DNA of 64,000 nt from Euprymna scolopes (GCA_053919585.1 CM132792.1), one strand, 5' to 3'; shown: positions 40,672 to 53,835, counted from the stretch's first letter. Notes: generated from the letters alone by a model not told the origin. Program-made: numbers and translations.

Positions 40672-41446
40672 TATCTATTCTATTTTACTATTATACAAAA
40701 ATCGCTGTGTGAGAGTTCTTTCCTCGTAGGTTCCAAAACGGCTGAACCTATCTTTTTCAAATTAAACACAAAGGTAATTTATGTATCTGGCAGTGTTCTT
40801 AGATATATTTTGTACATAAATGCATCCGATAAGTATCGAAAATCGAAAAAAAAACCCCGATAATTATTGAAAATCGAAAAATTCCGATCCTTAAAATTAT
40901 CTTTCTTTATTATAGATGATAAAAAGAATATTTTTAGAGGGGAATGTTTTACACTACGCCGGCCAAAGGAGATAATAAAAAATCTAAACAAATAATTTCT
41001 TCTTAAAAAAACCCAGATTTATTTCTATTTGAATATATAGTTCAGTGGATGAGCATTCGACTACAGATCGAATTGTCTCCTGTTCAAGCCGGCGTGTACA
41101 TCATTTTCTTTTATTTATGGAGAGGTACCATTAAAAATCGCTGCAAATCCTTTATTAGTTCGCATATTTAAAAACTAAACTTTAATCAGAAGTGACTTCC
41201 CAGGGCATCCAGCCCAATATCAGCTGACGTAATATTGTAAAAAAACAGAAAGAAATTGATAAACGACATTATCATTAATATTTTAAAAAAAAATTTACCG
41301 TATTAGTCCACCGGAAAAATTATTTCCTTAATATATAATAATCAATAAAGGATTGATTCTATAATAATACGTACGCAATCTGCATAAATTAAAATATCAT
41401 ATTTAAGCGTATTATACGACCGAACAACGCCGGGCATTCAGCTACT
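40672..41446 (+). mobile_element. Helitron-like element (family B-related) containing a tRNA-derived segment
   Basis: 5' tctattttactattatacaaaa..aaacggctgaac. 3' hairpin-like ccgaacaacgccgg followed by cagctac (decayed CTAG). Confidence 0.55.
41031..41101 (+). pseudogene. tRNA-Cys-like decayed sequence
   Basis: tatagttcagtggatgagcattcgactacagatcgaattgtctcctgttcaagccgg versus the tRNA-Cys(GCA) pattern TAGCTCAGTGG..AGCATTTGACTGCAGATC..GGTTCAAATCCGG. Confidence 0.6.
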
Positions 41447-41454
41447 TCTATGTA

Positions 41455-44400
41455 TGTGAGTTATGCCATGTATTTATAAGTAATAATGCTGGCCACTTAC
41501 TCATAACGGACTAGTCCAACCATTAAAAAAACCCACGAAAGTCTAATACTTTCCTGGGGGGAATTATCGCCGCATAAGATGAGACTACAGTCTGTCTAAT
41601 TTAAGAGTCGGTAATACCGACCAACATTTCTTTGAACTTCACTTTCTTGTACATTATATTCTTTCTATCTAAACCTGTTGTTCCTTATTTCTTTGTGACA
41701 TTTTCCGTGGCTCAAAACAACTGGCGATAAATTTTAAGGACTCAGGAAAGAAAGCTTAATTTTTAATACCCCTATTTTCTCACAACAACTGGCGACAGAT
41801 ATTCGAGAATGCATATTAAAAAGTCGATTACTTCAGTGTTCTACAACGCGACAAGGGATTTTCACAAAGAACTCAGTATTAAAAGAACGCATATTGAAAA
41901 GTCGAATTTAAAATACTCCAGTGTTCAACATCACGAACAGGCATTCGCACTAAGAATATGGGATTACATGAATGCATAATAAAAAGTCGAATTTAGAATA
42001 CCTCAATTTTCTGCAACACGACATGGTATTCAAACAAAGAATATATTATTAAAAGAGCGCATATTGAAAAGTCGAACAAAATATACCTCAGTGTTCCACA
42101 ACACGAAAATGCATTCAAACTAAGAACATAGTAATAAAAACCCAGCATATTAAAAAGTCAAATTTAAAATACCTCGATGATCTACGACATGATAAGGTAT
42201 TCGCACTAATAACAAGGTATTAAAAGAACGCATTTTAAAAGTCGAACTTATAATACGTTATTGGTCTGCAACACAAGATATTTAAACTATTAACATGGTA
42301 TAAAAAGAACGCATATCAGAAAAGTCAGATTTAAAATACCTCAGTGTTCACCACGAACTTAGAACACAATGCTAATATTGGAAAGTTGAATTTATAATAC
42401 GTCATTGGTCTGCAACACAACAAGATATTTAAACTATTAACATGGTATAAAAAGAACGCATATCAGAAAAGTCAGATTTAAAATACCCCAGTGTTCTTCA
42501 ACACGAACTAAGAACACAGTACTTATATTGGAAAGTCGAATTTAAAATATCTTAATGTTTAACAACATATCAAAGTATTCAGACTGAGAACTTGTTATTA
42601 AAAGAATGCATATTACAAAATAAGGCAATAAAATAACGCATATGGAAAAGTCAAATATAAAATATGTGTGTTTTACAAGGTAATCGAACTAAGAACGTAG
42701 TATTAAAGGAATCCACCTCAAAACATTGACTCGTAACGGAATATATGAACAAGCAGATACTGTTCAAAAACACTAATAACGTAATATTCAGTATACCCGG
42801 ATAACCGAGCGTTTTAAGCATCAGGAAGCAACTCTGAAAGTTGCACTAAATTTTCAATTAACTGAACTAACTTTACAGTTGCATCAAATCGTCATTCGCA
42901 GCACTAACTTTCTATTTCTCGCAACAATTATAAATAAAAGATACGTTTGGTCAACGGAAAATAAGTTTAAAATGAAAAAATCTGTTTTCTTTTTTTTTTT
43001 CGGTATTTCGTTTTTATCTTTGTGTTTTTTTGCTAAAAAAGTAAATAAAATGTTGAAACAAAACGAACTTGATTTTAACTTTTGTTTATGTCAAGAAAAA
43101 AAAAACTTTCATTGACAAACAGAGGTTTAATTTCTTTCACAACCGCAAGATGTACATTGTTAATCGTTAAGAAAAAAAAACTACGTGGAAAATTATAAAT
43201 TATTCTTATGACACGTTCAAATATATATTCACATTGTGGTTCCTCTTCTGAAAAGAGAATGATAAGCCATAAATCAACCATGGATCAACTGTATAAACAT
43301 CAAATTAATTTAAAGTAAAAAGCGAAAAAAGATAGTGGAAACAACAGAAAATAGAAGAAATATTTCGAAAACTATTATTGGGGCACCATCAAATGCTACT
43401 GGAGCAACAATAGAAAACTAACATATTACTACAAATTTTAATAAATAAATACCAAGTCAGTGAAAGCAACATAGCGTTCACACAAAACGCAGTCTAGAAC
43501 GCTAGTTCATTTCATTTACCCCCTTTGGTTAAGAAGGGATGAGGATCTGTATAAGAATGATTGTGCCGAATATGCGGACTCTAAAAAAGTTATTAATTTA
43601 AAAAGTCATTATTTCGAAAAACGGGATTTAAAGAACACAATAAATTCGTGGATTACATTTTATCACGGCAAACGTATGGCTTAACTTTTTCTGAAACCAA
43701 TAATTAAGTCTGAACGCGTCATTATTTCATAACAGGTGAAAATGCACAAATTTAACTATGAAACATTCTCAGGACTTGTGTCTGTTCTGCAAGGTCGAGA
43801 CTGATCGTAAAGTTTTCATCCACACAAGATGTAACAAAGAGCTGCCTCGTTTCCTTCCAGGTTGGGTTCTTTTATCCGCCTAAAATATTGCCTAGTCACG
43901 TGGGGTTGTCACGTCTTCACGTCTTCTTGCATAAGACCAGGTAAACCTCTTGCGTTTTCTCTATTTTTTCTTCTTTCCACGTGCGAGTGGCAGAAAGGGC
44001 ACACCCCTTGTCTTTTGTAGTAAGGCTATTTGTGACATGACTACTACAATAGCAATATGCAACAAACATTGCGACGACTTTAAAATAATTGAACTAAATG
44101 CTGACAATTTCAAAAGCTTGATATTTGTTAATAATTACTCTGAAATTCGATACTAAGTTTTAACTAAATTAGAAAGTGAACCAAATTTGAGATTACAAAA
44201 GTTGGCAGAAGTCTGTTAACGAGTGACGAGCGTTAAAAAGGATTCAAAGGACATTGAAGAATCAGGCGTAACATCCGTAAGAAATATACATAAAAAGTCA
44301 AAATCCTATTCTCAAAAAACAAGAAAAAGAAAAGACACCCCTCGCTCACACAACACTAAAAATTAAGTAAGTCACCATTAAGTTATATTATTGGTGCAGA

Positions 44401-44780
44401 ACCTTGCTTTGGAGTAAGGACTGCCAATACGACACAAAAACTTGCCTGACTGTTGACAGAAGTGGACATAAAAACTCTTTTTGTAGAATAAAGAAGAAAA
44501 TTAAAAGTCGAATATTATTAGCTAAAACAAACGTAAAAAAGATAAAATATACTTCAATATTTGCTAGTGGAACTATTGAATAAAACGTAAAGTTTCAATT
44601 AGATTCGGAATCACAACTATCAATCATTACTTTACATACATGAAAAAGATAAAATAAATCATGTTAAAGATTTGCGAAATAGCCAGAACGTTTACTGGGC
44701 CGAAAAAAATTTGAAAGTAAATTAATCACTAATGTTACATTTAACAGAACTGTAGCAGAACTGAACAACACAACGTTGGT
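41455..44780 (+). mobile_element. Decayed Gypsy/Ty3 LTR retrotransposon (putative 5' LTR, PBS, repetitive leader, gag-protease remnants)
   Basis: TG..ACA segment 41455-41719, then PBS-like TGGCGA (41722, duplicated at 41790). From 43280, gag-like RRDEDLYKNDC..DSKKV, NKHCDDFK..DNFKSLIFV, LQKLAE, a decayed CCHC, and protease-like VKFQLDS..LSII. Confidence 0.7.
41800..42715. repeat. ~85-bp diverged tandem array in the Gypsy leader
   Basis: aaaagtcgaatttaaaatacctcagtgttc recurs at ~41819, 41897, 41981, 42067, 42152, 42237, 42320 and onward. Confidence 0.88.
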
Positions 44781-46407
44781 TATACCGAGGTGATAAAATA
44801 GGATATGCACAAGAACCACCGTCATTCGAACCCGGAATCCGTCCAGCACAAAGAAAAAAGAGATATGAAAATTGTGGTACTATCGAGATTAAAAGTGTGC
44901 ATATAAAAATTTTATTTTGCGAGATCGACGGGACGTAATTGTGATTTTGTCAAGAAGAAGAAGAAGAAGAAAAAGAAGAAGAGAAGAGAAGATTGTTTTT
45001 CTCACTCGGAGTTATTTTTTGTATGCGTCAATGGGAAGAAAAAGAACGGGGGATTTTTTTGTGCATAAAACGGTGTTCACCAATTTTTTACATTAATTTC
45101 AATTTTTCAAGAAAAAAGATATTAGAAATGTCCGTATTAAAAAAACAAAGGACATTTTTTTGACATATTTGATACAACAATTCAATGTATGAGGTTTCTC
45201 TATAAATACTTTTTGTCAAAAAGTAGAAACTCCAACGACAGAGGAGGAAAATCTCAGATTTAAAATAAAGTATCCTTGAAATTTTCTTAGTCGGTCTGGG
45301 AAAATGCACAATTCTATCTATGTCAAAAAGAAGTCCAATAAAATCCGCGGTATTAGTGTTGACACACTCGGAAAACCAAAAGGACTTACACAATAGTAGA
45401 AACAAACGAACTGACTTTCACAGAATTTTTTGAAAACCTCTTGGGACAATCGCGGTCGAATGTGTGAGCGGTATGGAAATTTTCAAAATAGATCTACCCC
45501 ACTAAAATGAACCACATGACCAGTAACAGCTAGCTTTTATTAAAATTTAACTCAAGCTAGAAGACTGTCAGGCAGTTTAGCAGCATGGCGTCAGCGAATG
45601 CTCAAAACATAGGCAAGAAAAGAGCGTGACGAGAAAATTAGGTCTCGAGACAATTAGTGTGAACAACTCTGACAGAATTAGGAACAACATATCCTCAAAT
45701 ATGAGACCTTATGCATGAATACAACATTTAAACTGTAGATCAGGCATTTTTGACCAAGGATTAAATGGAGTTTCCTTAAATAACCTCTTTACATCTTCTG
45801 ATAGATGAAGCAGTTCTTTTATTGGAACTAATGACAGATATATACCTGCTTTTGTGATGTTGCTAATCTCAGTTTTTCTATAAATATTATTTTGGTCTCT
45901 GTTATTCAGAATTGCATGATGTATTTCCTGTTTCTTTTTTCCCGGTCGTTTGATTCGTTCGTCAAGTATTTTTTATTAAATCAAATTTTTTTGTTTCATT
46001 GTAGTACATCTTACTTATTCAAGGGATGAGGCGTGAGAAAGTGTTTAGAGCGATAGAGAGTATACGAGAAGTACAAATATGAAACCTAGGAAAGATTTGA
46101 GTAAAAAAGAAAAGCCAAGAAGTGTCAAAGCCACTCATGAGAATCTCCGGACGAAAACGAACACGCATACGACTGAAAAACATTAGGTGAATGTTAACAG
46201 AATTAAACAAAAGAAGCCATTTCTCACCCGAACTACAACTGCCCAACTTCTAGATTAGTTGTGTATTTTATTTGATTTGAGGGAGAGTGACGAGAAGCTA
46301 TAGCTGAATAGAGAGTAATATCATTAGCATAGATGTTTATTTTCTAAATAATATTCTCTAGACTAGAAACAGTTAGGTCTAAAACAGAGCCCGGAGCAAC
46401 ATCTTCG

Positions 46408-46583
46408 GGCCAAGATCAAAGTGTAGTATCTGTTCTTCAGATGCTGCACTTCAATTTATTGTTCTCTGTTAGTGGAGGAGAAATCCTTCAAGACTGAGAC
46501 AATTTTTATTTTTGTTCCTTTTCTCCACGTTAAAAAACGACCCTGGTGTCTAACTCTGTCCCGTGGGGAGGCGTTGTAAATAG
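46408..46583 (+). mobile_element. U2 snRNA-headed SINE-like repeat
   Basis: 46408-46437 ggccaagatcaaagtgtagtatctgttctt matches invertebrate-type U2 GGCUAAGAUCAAAGUGUAGUAUCUGUUCUU at 29/30 (U2 recalled from memory). The non-U2 body is shared with 57972 and 13241. Confidence 0.75.
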
Positions 46584-47604
46584 GAACATCAGAAAGTTAA
46601 AAAAAAATGAATGAAGACATAATCCAAAGTTCCTCGCAAGCTTCGATCACTAAAAAAATTTATAATGTCAATAACATTACCACCAATTCTACAACCCTAA
46701 GGTTTGTGTAGACTACCAGAATGGCACACATTATTGAAATCTTTAGTTATGTAAAGTGCAATGGGTAAGGTCTCAGATAGAACCCTGAGGGACATCATCA
46801 TTGACAGGAAAAGAAGCGACACCATTTAGATATAATTGCAAGCTGTAATCAGTAAAAAAAGATCTAATGTCAAGAACCTTATAACCAATACCATAAACCC
46901 AGAAGTAGAATTTGTGTAGAATTTTAATTTATTTAATGTAAACATTAATGTAAACATTAATGTACTTTCAAAAATTTATTTTGTTCAATATCTCTAATAC
47001 GCATACAATACTGCATATGTCTTCTAAGATTAAAATAAAACATACATTTATTATAAGACAATAATGTATCTGCATTAACAATGGTAGACATTGTATTTTA
47101 ATTTCAATAATTTAAAGCGTAAACAATATTTACATTTCATTTCTAGTTGGTATTCACATTTATTCGTGTAGTTATAAAGCAGCTACAAGCGCATTAACAT
47201 TAAAAATGATCAAACGAAAACATGTGGAATTAAATAAGATGAAAACTTGTTCCTTGTTATTAACTGTGAATTCATGTTAACACATCTAAAGCAAAAAATG
47301 AAACAAAATACCAATATTAAACATGTAATTAAAATCGGGCATATTAGCAACGGCTACATTTTAGTGCACACAAAACAACGACAAAACTGTTATGATTGTC
47401 ATTCCTTTATATATGCACACGTACGATCAAAATCCATATATTATTAACTATAGTCATGAACAAACTCTTGTAGTTTTCAGCACACCTGATTCGTCAACTA
47501 TCTTCTTTTGTCACTCATTTAAAAACACACCCACACTTTTTCCCGCACTTACATACCTGAATGCTTAACCTCGTAGTGTATATAAGCATAAAATAAGATT
47601 TGCT

Positions 47605-47666
<62 letters not shown>

Positions 47667-47682
47667 AGCAAATCTAAAAAAG

Positions 47683-47754
47683 ATAAAACACATATTTGCT
47701 CTGTAATAGTATTGAGCACTCTCTTCAGGTTTTTACTAATTACCAGTTTTACCA

Positions 47755-47787
<33 letters not shown>

Positions 47788-48003
47788 TCTGAATAATTAC
47801 ATATATNNNNNNNNNNNNNNNNNNNNNNNNNNNNNNNNNNNNNNNNNNNNNNNNNNNNNNNNNNNNNNNNNNNNNNNNNNNNNNNNNNNNNNNNNNNNNN
47901 NNNNNNNNNNNNNNNNNNNNNNNNNNNNNNNNNNNNNNNNNNNNNNNNNNNNNTAAAAACCTGAAGAGAGTGCTCAATACTATTGCAGAGAAAATATGTG
48001 TCT
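47683..48003. repeat. Inverted repeat spanning an assembly gap, with CTGAAGA HHR-like start
   Basis: acacatatttgctctgtaatagtattgagcactctcttcaggtttta / taaaaacctgaagagagtgctcaatactattgcagagaaaatatgtgt. Confidence 0.7.
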
Positions 48004-48005
48004 TA

Positions 48006-48188
48006 TTTTTTATTACCGTTTTATCTGTTTCGTTACATATGTTTCGGATGTTGGACCATGTTTACGATCTAACAGCCTCGTCAGACCTTACAGAACCATT
48101 TCTGTAAGGTCTGACGAGGCTGTTAGATCGTAAACACGGTCCAACATTCGAAACATATGTAAGCAAACAGATAAAACGGTAATAAAAA
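48006..48188. ncRNA. Near-perfect ~90-bp-arm palindrome; each strand encodes a minimal HHR
   Basis: CUGACGA (48111)-long stem II-GAAA (48150)-C-AUAU-GUA on +, mirror copy on -, 4-nt central loop. Confidence 0.8.
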
Positions 48189-48195
48189 GTAAAAC

Positions 48196-48271
<76 letters not shown>

Positions 48272-49169
48272 CAGAATAATGAAATACAATAAATCTACCG
48301 GTGTGCAAATCTAAATAAGGATTGCATACACATACACAAAGATGTGGTATATGCTTGCACTGTGTCACAATTGCCGACACATAGGAGCAACCAAATCTAC
48401 AGAACAAATAATGAGTCTAATCAAGATACCTTCAGCGCAAATATAGGTAGCTAAGATTTTAATAACATCAACAACAACAAAAATAGCAATTCTAATAACA
48501 TTATTCCCAATCTAAACCCACAGGATATAAGCATCAAATAAGATTTCCTAGTACTATATGTATACTAGACTACCCGTGACCCGTTGGGTCAGTATGTTAT
48601 ATTAGCTATGGAATTCATGTATGAGCGTGACACTTGTGACGTAAAGAAAATAGTTTTTTTTTGACATAACAGAAACATTTCTATGAAAGTATATTAAAAT
48701 GAAAAAGGAATAAGATAGATTTCTATGAGTCGTTCTGTTTATTATAATTGATTATTTTTGAAAAAAAAATTAGTTACTGAATTATAAGTGGTTGACCATA
48801 CTTATTGGTAAATGTGCGCTGAACAGATACCATAATACTTATTATAGTTAAATTCAAATTTTTATATATCTGCATCTTTTTTACATCGTTCATTTCTGTA
48901 TTATGTTTAAGTTATTTTAAACCCCACTATTCCCAAGTTAAATAATAATTTCGAAATAATAACATTAATATTTCAGCGTCCCAATTGTTCTTTTTTTTTT
49001 TTGGCGTTTAAATTATCCAAATAAACAATTGTTAATAGTGTCTGCCTTTTTTTTTACATCGCTCATTTCTGTATTACGTTTAAGTTATTTTAAACCCCAC
49101 TCTTCCCATGTTAAATAATAATTTCGAAATAATAACGTCAATATTTCAGTGTCTGTCTCTATCTCTCCC

Positions 49170-49235
<66 letters not shown>

Positions 49236-49236
49236 T

Positions 49237-49920
49237 TCTATAATATAAAACTGAACGTCTGTGTATGTGTCTGGTCACGAATAGGCTCCTATATGGTTGA
49301 CTATTATAGAAAACTGATCACATATAATGATAGAAGATGTATCGAGACATAGGAATGGGTATGTTTGATCTGGCATCATGATGATTCATTAAAATCGTGG
49401 GGTCTGCGTACGCACCTGGTCCACAAACTATGGAAATAAAAAATTAAAAAAAAACGTTTACATGTGTTTGTGATATAGATGTACATAATAATACTTTGAT
49501 AAGTATGTTTTAACTTAAATAGGGATGGTATAATAAAATTGTAGGGTCTGCGTTCGCGCCTGGCCTCCATAGAATGGAAATAGGCACACACTTTAATACA
49601 GACTTTTCATATCTATCTGCATAAGTATACTTTGATAATTATGTTTCAGTTTGAAGAAATATGGTATAATAAAATTATGGGGTGTTCGTTCGCACCTGAC
49701 CTCCATAGAATGGAAATATGTTACAAAGTTTAACAAGGTTTTTTAATATAGATCCACAGAATATCGTGATAAGTGTTTCAGTGTGAACAGGTATGGTATA
49801 ATAAATTATGGGGTTTGTCTATTTTATTTTTACTTTCATCATATTTTGCTTTGTTTTTTTTTCAGAGTCCATTTTCTGTAGGCTGTTTTTGAACCGAGTC
49901 AACGACGGGTACTTTTGGTA

Positions 49921-49921
<1 letters not shown>
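49237..49921 (+). mobile_element. Non-autonomous Helitron family A, copy 3 (both ends present)
   Basis: 5' TCtataatataaaactgaacgtctgtgtatgtg. 3' hairpin and GTAG (decayed CTAG), in (TA)n, no TSD. Confidence 0.85.
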
Positions 49922-49970
<49 letters not shown>

Positions 49971-49974
49971 TACA

Positions 49975-51341
49975 AAAGAGTCAACACTTATCAAGACCGG
50001 AGGCCGCTCGAGGATAATTGTTAATAGGACAATATCGTAGTAAGCGTTAATAGTAGAAATTTAGTAAATTTAATTGCTTAAAGGGGACGGCTCATCAATA
50101 ACGTTTTTACGTTGAACTTGAAGACGACCATATTGTATATACGCTGGAAAGAAGGGAAACAGAACAGAGTTCCACAGACGTGCAGTTCTAAGAAAGAAGC
50201 TTTGTTCATTGTATCTACGTTTAGATTTAGTGGTGGAAATTATTGATAGTGGTTTCAGAAAGACAAGTATTTTGTGAATTTTTTGCGAAGGAGGCCATAG
50301 ATTGGAGCTCTAACGAACGCTAACCATGAAAATAACGATAAAGCAAGGACAGGCACGTAACGTCTCATCTGTGGAAAAGAGGTTTTAGAGGAGAGCAAAG
50401 GGCACCGCCACTATGCTATTAGGTCTATTTTGAAGTCTGTCAAGACTAGGGGGGTGTTTCTGGCAGCCTCTCCCAAGATATGGCAACAGTACTCCATCCG
50501 TGGAGTACCTGGCTCTTATACAAATAGAGAAATGCATCAGCAGTGAGATATCTACTGAAGCGGTCGAAAAAGCACACTATTTTTCCAGCGACCTTGGCAA
50601 CACATTCATGTACGTGTTCCATTTCAGATTAAGAGTAAAGGTTAAACCTAGAATCTTGCCAAAATATGGAGCCTCCTCAAGACGAGAGCCATTCATTTTA
50701 ATTGATGCCAGACGGGGATCCGAACATTGATGACGTAAAGATAGAAGCTTGGTTTTAGATGCATTAAAATTGCATTAAAATTATCCAGTAAACTTGGACC
50801 GCATTGTACCACGTTCTCAAGATCAGAGGAGAGAATATCAGAAAGAACATGGTCATTTACGGACTTTGAAGTGTTGCCAGTTACATAAGCATAAATGTGT
50901 ATAAATGATCTTAGAATGTAATTTGGGAGGTCATTGATGTAGACCAGGAAGAGAGTTGAGCCCATGATGGACCCCTGAGTGACTCCAGCATGAATACTGT
51001 GAGTTTCTGATTTCTTCCCATTAACAACTACTCATATGAACCTATCAAAGAGAAATGATTTAATAATTGAGAAGACATTTCCAGCTATACCGTAGCTGGA
51101 GATCTTGTCAGGAAGAGCTTTATGCCATAGTGTATCAAATGCCTTTTATAGAAAAGGGAGCTTCCGTCGAGAGATTCGTCAACCGTTAGCATATGTGCTG
51201 TAGATATAGCAGAACGGAGACCATGTAGCATGTCATTAAGAAGGTTTGTTTTTGCTGAGGTTGTTGACTACTTCTCTATTTAACACAGATTCCAGCAACT
51301 TACTCATAACACACAAGAGACATTGGTCTATACTGAGAGAG
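49975..51341 (-). mobile_element. Older CR1-group LINE copy with RT remnants
   Basis: GSTLFLVYINDLP, QYRPMSL and MEYCCHI remnants homologous to 21145-22872. Confidence 0.9.
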
Positions 51342-52198
51342 NNNNNNNNNNNNNNNNNNNNNNNNNNNNNNNNNNNNNNNNNNNNNNNNNNNNNNNNNNN
51401 NNNNNNNNNNNNNNNNNNNNNNNNNNNNNNNNNNNNNNNNNNNNNNNNNNNNNNNNNNNNNNNNNNNNNNNNNNNNNNNNNNNNNNNNNNNNNNNNNNNN
51501 NNNNNNNNNNNNNNTTTGAAGTAATAAAAAATAGCGAAGTTCAAAATTGAAATTAAAAAAAGTTTTAGGCATTGCCAAGGTAGCAACTAAAAATGTATTT
51601 GAAAAAATAGAAAAGGGCAAATAATAATAAAAAAACAGTAAGTATAAAGAAAATGTTTCTTCATACGATGAATTATTTAACCGTAAAACTAATTTTCACA
51701 AAATATGGAAATCCATAAAAACATAGGAACGACAAGAACACCTACACGACTTTTGCAGGACAGTTTGTAAGTACTGCGATGATTTTACTATTTCAAATGA
51801 CTTAAAGTACTGAATACAGATGTAGAAATCAAAGCAGGAGTTCTTAAAAGCTAAAGAATGAACAATATTTTACCTTCAAACATAACTGCCAACGGTTTAT
51901 TATCGTGCGTCAAGATTACTAAACTATTTAACAGGTTACAGTGATACATATTTGCAACAAGAAACATAATACTTTAATTTTAAACGAGTCTGCCGCTTTC
52001 ACCAGGCTTTTTTCATCTTTATCAGGTCATAAAAAATGACACTATGACGTCAGATACACATATTTATATTATGAATCGACGGTACTCTTACAGAATTATT
52101 GATGATTGATTATTGTTAATTCTAAATCACGAAACAAAAGAAAAATCGTTACTCAAACAAACTAATTTTGGAAAACGTAGCACAAACCTTATAAGTAT

Positions 52199-52242
<44 letters not shown>

Positions 52243-53233
52243 ATGTATGAAATATATATTACCTGCTGAGACGAAACGCGGACGCCTCTGCAAGGTTGAT
52301 TACCATAAATATATTTTCTTATATTACTACTAAGCTCTACAAATGTATTGAAGACCATTGAATTAAATACTAAAGATCTATACAAAATATATGATATTAC
52401 CCATATATAGTCGTGGAAGTTTTTTAATCTGGAAAATAAACATTTAAAAAATATTTTAGTACTTCATTGGAAAATTACTTTGTCAGTAAGTCATTTAGTC
52501 TCGTGCCATCGCTGAATTGACTTGGTTTTTACAATATTACTAAATATTCAAGGATAACTGCTTTTTTACTATGAAACACCGTTTCTTAGATTTAAAAGGA
52601 AAACACTATATAAAATCATAGCTCCCCAACAGTGTTGATCAAACAACATCTCTTTACAATTAGAGAACAACAATTGTTCTTTATATGTGATCGTTTTTTT
52701 TTTGCTCCAGATTTATTGGACTTGTTATAAAAAATTCTTCTTCACATGTTTCATTCGTCCTTGACTCCAAAAAAGAAGATATTTTTTAATTTACAAATCT
52801 ACTGTATTTATATGGTTCGGGTTAATCGATTGTACTACTTATCACCCATTCCCTTGTTATGAATATATTATTTATATTTACATCCTTAGTTACTCATAAT
52901 CTATTTATATTTATTAGTTTTTGTAAAAATATATAAAATTTAAAAATGTTATAAATATACATATACAAGATTTTTTTTTATTATACGGTACTAATGTAGT
53001 TTTGGATTTTGTCTTATAATCTACTTTGATTAGTTTCATATGATCTATAAGCATCTGCATATTAAAAAAATTCTTTATTTAACTGTTTAAATATTTTACT
53101 TTTATGACTAACTTGTTTAATCATTCTTATTACTAAGTTAGAGTGGGGATATAAAATCCAATATTTTTTTTTAAGTAACGCGAGATATTCTTAAAATTAG
53201 GACATAATTCCCCCGTAGAACATATACATAGGG

Positions 53234-53321
<88 letters not shown>

Positions 53322-53480
53322 TCGATTAGGTGAAAAGATATAGCAAACATCTATATGAGTACTTTAACCATAGTTCCTGATTTCAAAAGGCGCAAAAATT
53401 AAAAGATACATCTGCCTTACTTTTAATGCTAGGTTTATTTATGGTGTCTTTTAAATTTAAATTTAATAAAACCCTTCACA

Positions 53481-53591
53481 ATTTGCTGATGAGGAAACCT
53501 TGTTTATTAAAAAACTATATGTAATAATTATTGTCCGTAACTTGATGTCTACCACAATAAAAACACTGTTTTCCGAAACGATCGTACAAAT
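53481..53591 (+). ncRNA. Type I hammerhead ribozyme with intact core and long stem II insertion
   Basis: AUUUG-CUGAUGA-GGAAA...UUUCC-GAAA-C(GAUC)G-UA-CAAAU. Stem I 5 bp, G-C stem II closing pair, palindromic tetraloop, GUA triplet. Confidence 0.82.
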
Positions 53592-53835
53592 AATTGATTT
53601 TGTTGTTGTTCCTTCTTATGAAACGAATTTTTAATTTAATTATAATTTGATTTTTAAATTTTAAATTATCAATCACATTACTAAATATTAAATTAGCTCT
53701 AGGATATTTACCTATCGAGCTTATTATATATCTAAATTACAAAGTGCACTTTTTCTTTCCTGTATTTTAATTAAACTAGTAATTTCACTGTTACATTAAA
53801 ATACACTCAGCTCTTTAGACTATTGTTCTAATCTC

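Noticed and set aside
46408-46583. Functional U2 snRNA gene
   Set aside because: Only ~30 nt match; the 5' end and downstream U2 stem-loops are not recognisable.
5300-52285. Further HHR-like words (5324 minus, 8007, 17685, 24755, 34932 minus, 37779 minus, 52263)
   Set aside because: Each lacks part of the core or the stems. Possibly decayed PLE ends, but not supportable individually.
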